A stretch of 64,000 nucleotides of DNA from Candidatus Saccharimonadia bacterium. GTDB lineage: Bacteria; Patescibacteriota; Saccharimonadia; CAILAD01; CAZGYV01. Made by a program: the position numbers and the translations under genes. The DNA is taken from contig JAYRII010000014.1 in the NCBI GenBank assembly GCA_041906885.1, forward strand, positions 74,059-138,058, given 5' to 3'. Below are positions 11,479 through 22,143 of the stretch, piece by piece (positions within the stretch are counted from its first letter, which is position 1; each line of letters begins with the position of its first letter). The notes under the pieces are model-generated. The model was given only the letters and a program-made list of their open reading frames with translations. It ran no database searches and was not told where the DNA came from.

Positions 11479-11836
11479 ATATACATTATTAATTATTCTA
11501 AATACCCCCCTAATAGTGATCGGCGTCCTTAACACTATAGTTTCGTATAAGATGAAAAATATAGGCAAACGCAGATTCCGTATCCGACTGGCACTATGGG
11601 TAAGCATTTTTGCAGGTCTATTGTTTGCCGAACCAATATACAATTATTTGTTTACTAATAGCCTCACACATACAGAACCACTTAGCCTTTTTGATGTTAT
11701 ACAAATTACGGCAATAATTACCATTTTATTTATTGCCAACCAAGCGAATTTAAGAGCTAGCTTACTAGAGAGACAGTTACGCGATTTACATCAGGAGCTA
11801 TCGATTCGTCTCTCAAAAGATAAAAAGAACAGCTAG
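11468..11836 (+). CDS. small membrane protein, DUF2304-like companion of GtrB-type GT2
   Basis: 122 aa, 3-4 TM, overlaps and follows the GT2 gene. This architecture is common for DUF2304 partners of GtrB homologs. Family assignment from memory only. Confidence 0.45.
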   Translation: MVSRYTLLIILNTPLIVIGVLNTIVSYKMKNIGKRRFRIRLALWVSIFAGLLFAEPIYNYLFTNSLTHTEPLSLFDVIQITAIITILFIANQANLRASLLERQLRDLHQELSIRLSKDKKNS

Positions 11837-11860
11837 ACATTTTTTAGTATATCAATGTGC

Positions 11861-12826
11861 TTATGTAATTTTTGCTACTACTGTTAGCATTGAAGAACTT
11901 TTGAAGGCGTTTTGAATTATGACCAAAGGAATCGTCATAATAGTCAGAACAACCCAAAGAAGCATCATGAGCCTCTTATATAATTTGCCCCGTGATTTAT
12001 TTGCCCAAATACGCTGAACATCCAATTCTCTAAATATCGAAGGCACAATAGAAACGGGGTGTAGTGGGGCATTGGTTTTGTAGGTGCCAATTATTTTATA
12101 TCCAGCTTTTTCGAGAGTTTCTTTTAGGGCTGCCTCGTTGAATTGCCACAAATGACGTGGTGAATCAAAACAAAACCACTTTCTACCAAAGATCTTTCTT
12201 TCAAGAGAATCGTAATTTGGAACCTGAACAATCAAATAGCCAGCATTAGTTAACAGATTTTTTCTTATATGATTAAGTAGTTTGTGCGGATACTCAATAT
12301 GCTCTAACACATGGAATAGAGATATCACATTGTACTTGCTTTTTGGAAAGTATTTGCTTACCTCAGAATTAATTATTTTACCAAGCATCCTCGATCTATG
12401 CTTGGCAAAATCAAACCTATCAATACCGTTCGCATTTTTACAGCCCGATTCATAAATATAAGCGACTCGTTCTCCACTACCACAACCAATATCTAGATAG
12501 GAGGGGATGTCTTTTGTTTTAATATCGGAGGATTTGTAAAAGAGCTTAAAGTCATACCTGTATTGGTTATAGCGGTACCACTTTTCAAGATCAAATTGTG
12601 AATCTAGGCCGTGATCTATTTGGCTTACCTCGCCTGAGAGGTAGTTGGCAGGGTAGTATTTGGAAGCATTTCCGATTGGCATTGGGTTCAAAAAGCCTGC
12701 CCCACAAACGGTGCACTCTGAGCAGGAAAATGTTCTTGTGGTAGTATCTAGTCTATCTTTTAGGCCAGTATATTTTTTAAATATCTTACCATTACAATAT
12801 GGACATTTTTTAAATTTTTTAATCAT
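11861..12826 (-). CDS. class I SAM-dependent methyltransferase with N-terminal Cys4 zinc-ribbon
   Basis: CPYCNG...CSECTVCG zinc ribbon, then LDIGCGSGE motif I. 4-nt overlap with the upstream epimerase gene. Confidence 0.7.
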   Translation of the reverse strand: MIKKFKKCPYCNGKIFKKYTGLKDRLDTTTRTFSCSECTVCGAGFLNPMPIGNASKYYPANYLSGEVSQIDHGLDSQFDLEKWYRYNQYRYDFKLFYKSSDIKTKDIPSYLDIGCGSGERVAYIYESGCKNANGIDRFDFAKHRSRMLGKIINSEVSKYFPKSKYNVISLFHVLEHIEYPHKLLNHIRKNLLTNAGYLIVQVPNYDSLERKIFGRKWFCFDSPRHLWQFNEAALKETLEKAGYKIIGTYKTNAPLHPVSIVPSIFRELDVQRIWANKSRGKLYKRLMMLLWVVLTIMTIPLVIIQNAFKSSSMLTVVAKIT

Positions 12827-13790
12827 TTAATATTGTCCTCATACCAATTTAGGGTTTTTTTAATTCCACTTTTTAGGTTATATTGTGGATTATAGCCAAT
12901 ACCAATGCTCTTTTGGATATTGTAACAATAGTTGGTTTTAATATTTTTCAAACGAAAAGGGTATAGGGGAACATTTAAGCCCATTAATTTTAAGATCCCC
13001 ATTGCATAAGCAATAGGTGTAATTATGACGACTGGGATGCTTTTGACTTTAATCTTATAGTGATCAGAGACTTCTTTTACAATCTGCCTCATTGTGTAAG
13101 GGTGAAAGTCATTTCCAAAGAATATCTCATTTTTTGCATCATTGCTCAACGAAGCTAGTATGGTTAGATTTATTAAATTTTCTACATATACTAAGCTCAC
13201 CAGATTGTTTGCTTTACCAACATGGTAGTATCGACCATTCTTTATTGTCTTAAAAAATTCTTCATAAGGCTCTTTACCCCACGGACCATAGACCGATGTC
13301 GGCCTAATTATTGTGTAGCTGAGACTGGCCTGTTGGCAATATTTTTGAACAATTTTCTCGCCCTCAATTTTTGATTTGCCATAAATCGTATTCGTTCTAT
13401 ATGGTTCTGTTTCATCAATAAACCTAGTTTCATTAAATAACCCAACCACTAACTGGGTAGAGTAGAATACAAACCTATCTACAGACTTAGCCACAACAGC
13501 TTCTGCTATTATGTTTTTAGTTCCAACGTAATTTACTTTATAATCTCCTAAAGATTTGCCATTTATGTCCGTTTTTGCAGCTAAATGGTACACAATATCA
13601 ATATTATCACAACAGTCTCTCAGGCTATATCTATCTAGCAAATTTGCTTTTATTCTAATGATATTTGAAGGTAGGTGAGACCAGCTTGCTGATTCTAAAT
13701 CAAGCACACTCACGCGAGCACCTTGTTTCAGTAACTCGATAGCCAGATTGGTGCCAATAAAGCCACAACCACCGGTAATAAGGACTTTTT
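12823..13790 (-). CDS. NAD-dependent epimerase/dehydratase family protein (5' end/start codon unresolved)
   Basis: Frame open from TAG at 13828. In-frame VLITGGCGFIGTNLAIELLKQGARV Rossmann motif at 13714-13790 lies upstream of the first canonical start (GTG 13713). AGGAGG RBS at about 13804-13809. Confidence 0.65.
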
Positions 13791-13796
13791 TGTCTT

Positions 13797-14600
13797 TTAC
13801 TTTAACCTCCTTTGGCTCGCAGCAGCCATTATCCTATACGACCAGATTATTTTGAAATAATTGAGTTTATGTAGGTAAATTGGTATTTTAACACCATTGC
13901 TGTATTTTTTAGCAAGCTTAAGTTCATCTTGAAACTTTGTTTTATCTTCTAGGCCACTTTTACTATCGCTGTGGTAGCGAAAGTTGGATAGGTAGTTATT
14001 AATGACACCAGCAGGATATTTAGAACCAATTCGTAGCCAAAATTCATAGTCCATACACCAATGATCATTCTCGTCGAAGTACCCAAACTCATCATGCAGC
14101 TCTCTTCTCCAGAATGTTGCAGGCTGTGAAATGAAATTTTCAGCCAATATTTTATTATAGCTAAAATTCCTTAGTAGTAAATTTTTATACAGAGTGATTG
14201 GCTTTCTAATTTCAACATCGTTTTCATTGACGATTTTACATTTGCCATATACCCATTTTGTGCTTGGATTATCGTTAAAAAATTTGACTACCTTACTGAT
14301 TGCACCTGGCTCGTATGTGTCATCAGAGTTCAAGAATGCTACTATTTCACCCTTTGCCATCCTAATGCCCTTATTAATAGCTTCGGATTGACCACTATCC
14401 TTTTCTGATTTCCAGGTTATTTTTTTACCGTATTGCTTTAGTATCTGAACTGTGTTGTCAGTTGACTTGCCATCCATGACAATGTACTGAATATTCGGAT
14501 AGTCTTGGTTTAATATGCTCTCAATTGTTCTCCCGATGAATTTAGCCTGATTATAGGACGGAGTAACGATTGAAACTAATGGTTGATTGATTTTTTTCAT
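13797..14600 (-). CDS. GT2 family glycosyltransferase
   Basis: VSIVTPSYNQAKFIGRTIESILNQDYPNIQYIVMDGKSTDNT, DxD region. Confidence 0.85.
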   Translation of the reverse strand: MKKINQPLVSIVTPSYNQAKFIGRTIESILNQDYPNIQYIVMDGKSTDNTVQILKQYGKKITWKSEKDSGQSEAINKGIRMAKGEIVAFLNSDDTYEPGAISKVVKFFNDNPSTKWVYGKCKIVNENDVEIRKPITLYKNLLLRNFSYNKILAENFISQPATFWRRELHDEFGYFDENDHWCMDYEFWLRIGSKYPAGVINNYLSNFRYHSDSKSGLEDKTKFQDELKLAKKYSNGVKIPIYLHKLNYFKIIWSYRIMAAASQRRLK

Positions 14601-14613
14601 TATCTCTACGGCT

Positions 14614-15576
14614 TTACGAATTACCTAGTTGTTTTTCGATCCAATGATATGTTTTTTTGAGACCCACTTCGAGCTTTATACTAGGCTCCCAATTTAGTTC
14701 TTTTTTTATCAATCTATTGTCTGAACTTCGGCCCCTTACTCCTAAAGGGCCATCGATGTGCTTTACCAAAAGATTTTTGCCTGCAACCGCCATAGTCATT
14801 TCAGCCAGCTGGTTAATACTTACCATTTCTTCTGAACCAATATTAACGGGACCAATAAATTCACTGTCCATTAATCGACGTATTCCCTCTAGACACTCAT
14901 CAACGTATAAGAAAGACCTGGTTTGCTTGCCATCTCCCCATATCTCAATTGTATCTCCGTCTTTTGCTTCGGCAACTTTTCGGCAAATTGCTGCCGGAGC
15001 TTTTTCTTTACCGCCACGCCAAGTTCCTTCGATTCCAAAAATATTATGAAAGCGAGCAATTCGTACATTTAGGTCATAGTTACGCTTGTAAGCCAAATAC
15101 ATTCTTTCACTAAATAGCTTCTCCCAGCCGTATTCGCTATCTGGGGCAGCTGGGTATGCCGAATCTTCAGAACAGATCGGCTTGTTTGGGTCCAGTTGAT
15201 TTCTTTCTGGATATATACAGGCTGATGAAGAGTAAAAAATCTTTTTAACTTTAGACTCAACGGCTTGTCTTGCTACATTTAAGTTGATTGTAGCAGAGTT
15301 GTGCATTACGTCTGCGTCGTGCTCCCCCGTAAATATATATCCTGCACCCCCCATGTCGGCGGCTAACTGATATACTTCGTCGAAGGGACGGTCTAATACT
15401 TTTTTTACTACAATGGGGTTTGTTAAGTCGCCAATAATAAAATCGTCAGCATGGGTTTTGTCAAATTCAGGTTTTTTTAAATCTGCACCCCTAACCCAAA
15501 ACCCCTCTTTTTTTAACTTCTTTACCAAATGAGAGCCTATAAAGCCACCCGCCCCGCAAACTAAAGCTGATTTCAC
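14614..15576 (-). CDS. NAD-dependent epimerase/dehydratase (nucleotide-sugar modifying)
   Basis: GTG start at 15576 preceded by AAGGAGG (spacer 6 nt). KSALVCGAGGFIGSHLVKKL Rossmann motif. The ORF-track N-terminal extension to 15630 is probably not translated. Confidence 0.8.
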   Translation of the reverse strand: MKSALVCGAGGFIGSHLVKKLKKEGFWVRGADLKKPEFDKTHADDFIIGDLTNPIVVKKVLDRPFDEVYQLAADMGGAGYIFTGEHDADVMHNSATINLNVARQAVESKVKKIFYSSSACIYPERNQLDPNKPICSEDSAYPAAPDSEYGWEKLFSERMYLAYKRNYDLNVRIARFHNIFGIEGTWRGGKEKAPAAICRKVAEAKDGDTIEIWGDGKQTRSFLYVDECLEGIRRLMDSEFIGPVNIGSEEMVSINQLAEMTMAVAGKNLLVKHIDGPLGVRGRSSDNRLIKKELNWEPSIKLEVGLKKTYHWIEKQLGNS

Positions 15577-15746
15577 TAAAACCTCCTTTTCATATAAACA
15601 AGAACTACGTGAATAAGAACTAGTATACAATAAGTGATACCAAGAAATAAATATAGACAGGGTGGCTGGCTGGTTGTTTCGTCCATTATTATAAAATTTA
15701 CAAATTAAATGCCATAAAAGTATATAAAATTAGGTATAATATACAA

Positions 15747-16100
15747 ATGCAAAAAATAATTTTAGCAGCATATGTATTAACTACATCATTTGCACTGATT
15801 ATTCTAAAGCTAGGCTCAAGACAAGCCCCTCCGCTTAATTTTATCAACGGCAAGCCCATTATTAACATTAATTTTTACACGGTATTGGGTGTTGTACTAT
15901 TTGGGGTTAGTTTTATAACTTACACTTATTTAATATCGAAATTTGATTTAGGCTACATTATTCCGGTTGCGGCGGCATTCACCTATATATTAATATTTAC
16001 TTCCTCATACTTCATATTCAAAGAAGCATTTCCGTTGACCAAAATCATTGGCATAACATTGATAGTGGCAGGGCTAGTATTCCTTAACTTAAAAAAATAG
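15747..16100 (+). CDS. small 4-TM DMT/SMR-like membrane protein (ArnE/ArnF-like flippase subunit candidate)
   Basis: 117 aa, four hydrophobic helices. The genomic context is lipid-linked glycan genes. Confidence 0.45.
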   Translation: MQKIILAAYVLTTSFALIILKLGSRQAPPLNFINGKPIININFYTVLGVVLFGVSFITYTYLISKFDLGYIIPVAAAFTYILIFTSSYFIFKEAFPLTKIIGITLIVAGLVFLNLKK

Positions 16101-16157
16101 AAGACAACTCGAGAAATCGGCGTCCGAGGTATTATAATAATAGAGTATAATTATAGT

Positions 16158-18143
16158 TTATTTGCTAACCTTGTATAAATAAACGCTCATATTCGGAAGT
16201 CTTACCGTTTTTTGTAGTAGTAAGCATTTGTCGGTCACAGGCACAGTACTCATAGCATAATCTACAGTTGCTTGGAAATTGGTCTTGCAGGCATCAAACA
16301 ACACAGTAAAATAGTCACCTTGATTTAAGATGAAATTATTATGCTGATTTGAATAATTATTTTCTACAAATACTACATGGGCATATCGATTATAGGTATT
16401 TTGTTCATCCTGATGGTCATCATATCTTTCCCAGAGCTTCATGTCTGGATATAGATATATGCCAGAGAGACTGTGATAGCCATTCATCATTAAATAGCTA
16501 TTGAGCACAAAAGAATTAAATAAGATCCAATTACCTTTTTTGTCTCTATCTACACTCTCTAGGGCGCTATTTATTTTTTCATTATGGACAACGTTCAGCC
16601 CATTATATAAAGGATGAATTCTATAAGTAGAAAAAATACAAATTGCTAGCAACAGAATACTTGCAATAAGTATTTTTCTGGTGAGCACGAGCCACACCAC
16701 TATGCCCATGGCAAGTACGAGCAATATGCCAATTCTGCCGGGGACAAGAAAAGTTGGATATAGTGCTCTTGTTCTGACAAGCACAAAAGCACAAGTCGCT
16801 AGAGCAATAAATGTAGACAGTGCTACTATCCAATTTGGTAATTTATCTTTGTCTTTGAGAAAACGTTTTGCTATAAATACTATCGACATGATATTTAGTA
16901 TGCCAAAAACGATTATCAATCTATAGTTGGGAACTTTATGTAGCATGATGAGTTTAAAAAATATATTTGGCAGGGGGACAAATAGCCTGGTCATAAATAA
17001 AGCAGACAGTGCTAGTACGCCAATCAGCATATAATCAAGCTTGGTTTTTTGTCGGTATTTTTTGTACACTAAATAAATCATTGGGACTACTAAAAACGGC
17101 AGTATAATGATAAATCTTGATGCCTCACTTTGGTTGCCATAGAAGGTGCCCGCCCTATCCTTATTTTGAAGAAAAAAATTGAGAAAACCGTCAAGAAACC
17201 ACCTTAAAGAATATCCACCCGAACTTATGATGCGAGATCCAGGGTAAATTGTATTTTGAAGGGCTTTTATTGCATCCAGTCTGGTAAGAATAAATAGTAG
17301 TACTACTAAGGCTGTTATTACCCCACTAATAGCTAGTAGCCCCATTTGTAACTTCCATGGCCCTCTGATTAAACGATCTTTGTTTTGAAGCACATAGGCC
17401 GCAAATACAACCCCGATAGTTATAGCGCAGGGTATTTGAAATGGCGGGTATATTAGCAGGGCAAAACAAATTAAACAATATGTGATAGCCATTCCATATA
17501 GTAGTAAACTGAGCGTCTTTTTGCTCCGACAAAAATTAAATAGCAGAACGAGGATTAAAAAGCTATAAGCTACCGAAAGGACAGTTATGGAATGATACCA
17601 CCATTGAATAAAGGGGCTAAAAAATAGACTCAGTGATAACACTATTGCCAACCAAATCTTATTAGGTAAAAAATGTAATATAAAAAAGTAACAAGAGGTG
17701 ATCAGTATAAAACCAATAAACCACCATTTGAAGGCAAAAGCATAGGGGACGGGAAGTACAAAAAATGCAATATTCTGGGGCTTAAAAAAAGAAGACCAGC
17801 CCAGATAAGGGGTGTCGGTATCGATAGTTACATTTAGGCCGTTTCCAATATTCTTATTAATTTCAGCAAAATGATTGAATTCTTGAGCAATAGTATAGCC
17901 ACTGTTTACCAGCCACTCATCAGATCTGATGGGTTGAGGAGCGTTGAATAGTAGATGAGGGTCTTTCGCCAAATCTCCATTAAAGAACTGATTATAAATA
18001 CCAATCGACGAGCCGTGAATCTGGAGGGCAGCCAGCAAAACTACTAACAAAAAAAGTACCGAGGGGAAAAACCACAGTCGGACATTTTTATTTTTAACTA
18101 AATTATTAATAAACATGTTGATGGTATGATAGATAGCGGGCAA
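16158..18143 (-). CDS. large polytopic membrane protein, putative GT-C-type glycosyltransferase (GtrC/ArnT/PMT-like)
   Basis: 661 aa, more than 12 predicted TM helices in the first ~500 aa, then a soluble ~150-aa C-terminal domain. Context with GtrA/GtrB-like genes. No motif-level confirmation. Confidence 0.4.
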   Translation of the reverse strand: MPAIYHTINMFINNLVKNKNVRLWFFPSVLFLLVVLLAALQIHGSSIGIYNQFFNGDLAKDPHLLFNAPQPIRSDEWLVNSGYTIAQEFNHFAEINKNIGNGLNVTIDTDTPYLGWSSFFKPQNIAFFVLPVPYAFAFKWWFIGFILITSCYFFILHFLPNKIWLAIVLSLSLFFSPFIQWWYHSITVLSVAYSFLILVLLFNFCRSKKTLSLLLYGMAITYCLICFALLIYPPFQIPCAITIGVVFAAYVLQNKDRLIRGPWKLQMGLLAISGVITALVVLLFILTRLDAIKALQNTIYPGSRIISSGGYSLRWFLDGFLNFFLQNKDRAGTFYGNQSEASRFIIILPFLVVPMIYLVYKKYRQKTKLDYMLIGVLALSALFMTRLFVPLPNIFFKLIMLHKVPNYRLIIVFGILNIMSIVFIAKRFLKDKDKLPNWIVALSTFIALATCAFVLVRTRALYPTFLVPGRIGILLVLAMGIVVWLVLTRKILIASILLLAICIFSTYRIHPLYNGLNVVHNEKINSALESVDRDKKGNWILFNSFVLNSYLMMNGYHSLSGIYLYPDMKLWERYDDHQDEQNTYNRYAHVVFVENNYSNQHNNFILNQGDYFTVLFDACKTNFQATVDYAMSTVPVTDKCLLLQKTVRLPNMSVYLYKVSK

Positions 18144-18220
18144 CCCATTCTTAAAATTGCTAAAGCTTGAGGAATCTACTATAATATATCCATATTATAG
18201 TAGCTAACGGTATTTCTGTC

Positions 18221-18778
18221 ATGGTGAAAAAAGAAAAAACTAGAAACAAAAAAATAAAGAATAAATATATATTGCTAGCTACAATATTGTCAATTCTGAT
18301 ATTCATAGGAGGGGGTATTGTCGTGGCCAGAAATAGCCACAAAAAAGAAACTCCTGGCGCCCAGCCACTTGGTGTGTCGTCCGAGAACACAGAAAGCGGC
18401 AGTCAAGACAGCACTAGCCCTGCTCCGAGTCCAGCCAAGCCTGGCAGCACCCCAGTCACTCAACAGAAATCACCGGTCGCTTTACCTAAGCCAATATTAA
18501 TAAAAAGCAGTGGTAATAATGGGGCGGTTCCCTCGGATGCAGCAATAGAATTTGTCTGTAGTTCCGATACGGGCACATATTGCCAAGTGGTGCTAACGAG
18601 CTCCACTGGTAGAGAAGTAAAATTGGACGAAAAATTAATACAACCGACTAGCAAAGGATTGCCTAGTATCAATTGGGTGTGGACTGCAGAACAAGGCAAC
18701 TGGAAAGTAATTGCTCGAGCAAGAGACAATAGTGGGTCGTCTAGTCAATCAGATCAACAAACACTAACTGTAAGGTGA
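18221..18778 (+). CDS. membrane-anchored secreted protein with Ser/Pro-rich linker
   Basis: N-terminal Lys-rich segment plus TM helix, a low-complexity S/P/T linker, then a C-terminal beta-rich domain with two Cys. Confidence 0.45.
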   Translation: MVKKEKTRNKKIKNKYILLATILSILIFIGGGIVVARNSHKKETPGAQPLGVSSENTESGSQDSTSPAPSPAKPGSTPVTQQKSPVALPKPILIKSSGNNGAVPSDAAIEFVCSSDTGTYCQVVLTSSTGREVKLDEKLIQPTSKGLPSINWVWTAEQGNWKVIARARDNSGSSSQSDQQTLTVR

Positions 18779-18782
18779 GTAC

Positions 18783-20408
18783 ATGAAGGGTAACAGTATA
18801 ATTATTGGCACTATAAAAAGCCTGATAGTAGTAGCTCTTGGTAGCTTGCTGGTTGTAGCATTCCAAGTGACACCAGCTAGGGCATACAGCAATAGCAATA
18901 TGATAGATGATACAGTCTTTGATAATGCTGGTAGCCTTAATGAAGCTGGCATACAGAACTTATTCAATAGTTATGGGAATAGTTGTTTAAAGAGCTTTGC
19001 AGCCCCCTTCCCTAATAGCTATTTTGATTATGGAGCTGATGTGCCAGCATCTCGAGTAGTGCGTAGAGCAGCGGACTTGTGGGGCATAAATCCCCAGGTC
19101 GTTATTGCTACACTAGAAAAAGAAGAATCGCTTGTAAGGGGCAATGCTGGATGTGCGGGCTGGAGATATAATTCAGCTATGGGCATGGGTTGTCCTGACG
19201 GCGGACAGTGCCCCTCGCCAGCATACGCCGGCTTTAGTAAGCAGGTCACGAAAGGAGCTTGGCAACTAAAATTTAATAAAGAACGGGCAAATGGTAATAC
19301 TGCGTGGGACGGAGATGATGGTATAACCTACTATGGGTATATGACACAAGGAAATAGAAAGCGGTGTGGGTCATGCCAGCTGATTTACTATGATGGCTAT
19401 GCTGTGATTGATGGGCAGACTGTATTCTTAGGAAATGGCTCGACAGCTGCATTATATTCCTATACGCCACATCTTAATCAGAGCTTTCCACCTCTTTTTG
19501 AAACCTTTTTTGGTGCTGGCTCGACCTCGGGTTTGCCCAGTCTAGCCTGTAAAACAGGAGTCAACCAGATAAATGCTGAAAATGGACTTGAAATAATGCC
19601 CCAAAAGTTTGGAGGTTCGAATGACTTGCTTACGCTTACTCTGCAGAATAATACTTCCAGTAAATGCATAGAGATGCATACATGGACAGGCAACTTTCAA
19701 CAGTGGATTGCCCACACAGCCTCAAACAGAGATGCGATCAATCCTATTAATTCGAAGATTATTTCCGCCGATCTAAATGGCGATGGATATGATGAGCTAA
19801 TTCTAGTCGAGATGAACGGTACAAACAGCGGAAGAATAGAGTTTCATGTATGGGATAGGTCAAACCAGGTTTGGATTGCTCACATCGCTTCAAATCATCC
19901 TTGTTTAGACCCTTCGACTGCAGACGTTATATCTGCCGATACAGATGGTGATAATAGGGACGAATTATACCTAGTAAAATACAACTCCACCGCTTCAGGT
20001 AAAATTGAAATACACGGCTGGACACCAAATATGCAACAATGGTTTGCACACATAGCTACAAACCATCCATCAGTAGATAAGAATGTATCCAGGCTGATAG
20101 CGGGTGATACTAACGGGGATAATAAAGACGAAATATTTTTAGTACATTATAGCGGGACAACTAGCGGTAAAATAGAAATACATGGCTGGACACCAAATAT
20201 GCAACAATGGTCTGTTCATACTGCCACTAACCACTCTGTGCTAGACACTTCTGCCGTGAAGGTATTACTTGCAAATATTGCAGGGGGTAAAGAAGATGAG
20301 TTTATACTAGTCAAATATCCAGCATCAAATACTTCTTATAAAGTTGAAATACATGGCTGGACAAGAGGGCTGCAAGGATGGTTTCTGCATACCGTGGCTG
20401 CGCCCTAG
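18783..20408 (+). CDS. secreted protein with N-terminal Cys-containing domain and four C-terminal FG-GAP/beta-propeller-type repeats
   Basis: Signal/TM at the N-terminus. C-terminal ~60-aa repeats carrying DxNGDGxDE-like Ca-binding motifs (DLNGDGYDE, DTDGDNRDE, DTNGDNKDE) and a repeated GKIEIHGWTPNMQQW block. DNA-level near-identical repeats near 19.99 kb and 20.17 kb. Confidence 0.6.
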   Translation: MKGNSIIIGTIKSLIVVALGSLLVVAFQVTPARAYSNSNMIDDTVFDNAGSLNEAGIQNLFNSYGNSCLKSFAAPFPNSYFDYGADVPASRVVRRAADLWGINPQVVIATLEKEESLVRGNAGCAGWRYNSAMGMGCPDGGQCPSPAYAGFSKQVTKGAWQLKFNKERANGNTAWDGDDGITYYGYMTQGNRKRCGSCQLIYYDGYAVIDGQTVFLGNGSTAALYSYTPHLNQSFPPLFETFFGAGSTSGLPSLACKTGVNQINAENGLEIMPQKFGGSNDLLTLTLQNNTSSKCIEMHTWTGNFQQWIAHTASNRDAINPINSKIISADLNGDGYDELILVEMNGTNSGRIEFHVWDRSNQVWIAHIASNHPCLDPSTADVISADTDGDNRDELYLVKYNSTASGKIEIHGWTPNMQQWFAHIATNHPSVDKNVSRLIAGDTNGDNKDEIFLVHYSGTTSGKIEIHGWTPNMQQWSVHTATNHSVLDTSAVKVLLANIAGGKEDEFILVKYPASNTSYKVEIHGWTRGLQGWFLHTVAAP

Positions 20409-20411
20409 TTG

Positions 20412-22142
20412 TTAAATGACCTCTCTGTAGTATTTTTCTTTCGTGAGTATATTCTTCCACCTAGTCATCATCAGTGCTTTGGCTTTACAAAACTCTTCCA
20501 TATCTCTGTCAGTCGTGCCAATTTTACCAACTGATTGAGATTCGTAGTGATATAGTTTTGCATATGGATTGAATAAATTAGTGTATCCTTTATCTAATAA
20601 CTTCAGACAAAGATCGATGTCATTGTATGTGACTTTGAGCTTTTCATCAAATCCACTTACCTCATTGTATTTTTTTCGGTCGATCATTAAGCAAGCTCCT
20701 GTAACTGCAGTGCATTCTCTAATATTAGAAGAGTAGTTTAGAACATTTGGATCTAAGAGTTCATTTTTACCAATATGTGTATGGTGGGCAATCCCTTCTA
20801 TGTCTACATGAACCCCAATGTGTTGAATTTTATCTTTAGAAAAATACAGCTTCGCTCCAACTGCACCTGTCTCAGGTTGTTGGGCTAAAGACATTAGGTT
20901 TTCTAGCCACTCGGGCGTTATTACCCTTGTGTCATTATTCAAAAATAGTAGAAAGTTACCATTGGAATGTTTTGCACCCAAATTGCATGCCTTAGAAAAA
21001 TTAAACTCTCCTTTAATTTTAACGACCCTAAATCTATTAAGAAACTTATTTTTATATTCCTCATATATGTCTAGGCACTTTTTCTCGGTAGTATTGGTGT
21101 CGACTATTGTAACTTCAAAGTTCGAATATGTTGTAAGATCAAATATAGATTTTAAACAGTTTTTTAATAAAGAAGACGAATCTTTGTTTGGTATAACTAT
21201 AGAAACTTTATAATTGTCTCGTATGTTGTTGAAAACATTCCAAAAGCCTAGATACTGTCCGTTGTAAATTGTCGATCCAAGTCCGAGTCTCTGCATATGA
21301 TCCCTTAGAACTATTTTTTGGTTTCTGTATGCATAAGGTTTACTATTAGAGTTTGATGCTGTAGACGTATCTGACATTCTCCATGAATACAGTATCTTGG
21401 GTATATGTACTATCTGCTTGGTAGCTTCTGTAACCCTTAGTATTAAATCCCAGTCTTGGGCACCTTCGGTCCCCAGCCTAAATCCACCAACTTTCTCGAA
21501 TACATCTGACCTAATAGTAGAAAAGTGAGTAATACAATTGCATGATCTTAAAAAATATGGGCTGTAGTCTGGTTTAAAAAAGGGGTCAAGATGAACACCC
21601 GACTTGTTTATCTTGTCTTCATCAGTGTAAATCAGGGCAACATCTTTGTTTTTATTAATAATAGTTACCACTTCCGCCAGAGCATTAATATTAAGTATAT
21701 CGTCGTGATCTAGTAGAGATACATAGTCACCTGTCGCTAATTCGAAGGCAGCATTCGTTGCCTTGCATATGTGTCCATTCTTATTCAGTTTTTTAACTTT
21801 AATTTTAGGGTCATCTTTTGCTATTTCTGAGAGTTTCTCAAAAACTTTTTCATTTGTCGAGCAGTCGTCGATTATGCAAAGCTCCCAATTTGAGTATGTT
21901 TGTTTCTGTACCGATTCGATACATTCAATTAGATGGGTAATATTGGTATTGTATACGGGCATTAAGATGCTTATCTTAGGGCCTTTACTTGGAGGTGTGG
22001 AGTATTTTTGTTTATTTAACCAAGCACGATATTTTTTGTTAAAGTCTTTCTTTTTTTTCATTTTCTCAATCTTACTATTGACATGCTTATACTTACCAAC
22101 AGGGTCAAGAATTAGACCCCCTAGCATTCTTACTGCTTTCAT
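20412..22142 (-). CDS. two-domain GT2 glycosyltransferase
   Basis: Two GT2 A-domains: ISILMPVYNTNITHLIECIESVQKQTYSNWELCIIDDCS and VSIVIPNKDSSSLLKNCLKSIFDLTTYSNFEVTIVD. Confidence 0.85.
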   Translation of the reverse strand: MKAVRMLGGLILDPVGKYKHVNSKIEKMKKKKDFNKKYRAWLNKQKYSTPPSKGPKISILMPVYNTNITHLIECIESVQKQTYSNWELCIIDDCSTNEKVFEKLSEIAKDDPKIKVKKLNKNGHICKATNAAFELATGDYVSLLDHDDILNINALAEVVTIINKNKDVALIYTDEDKINKSGVHLDPFFKPDYSPYFLRSCNCITHFSTIRSDVFEKVGGFRLGTEGAQDWDLILRVTEATKQIVHIPKILYSWRMSDTSTASNSNSKPYAYRNQKIVLRDHMQRLGLGSTIYNGQYLGFWNVFNNIRDNYKVSIVIPNKDSSSLLKNCLKSIFDLTTYSNFEVTIVDTNTTEKKCLDIYEEYKNKFLNRFRVVKIKGEFNFSKACNLGAKHSNGNFLLFLNNDTRVITPEWLENLMSLAQQPETGAVGAKLYFSKDKIQHIGVHVDIEGIAHHTHIGKNELLDPNVLNYSSNIRECTAVTGACLMIDRKKYNEVSGFDEKLKVTYNDIDLCLKLLDKGYTNLFNPYAKLYHYESQSVGKIGTTDRDMEEFCKAKALMMTRWKNILTKEKYYREVI

Positions 22143-22143
22143 C

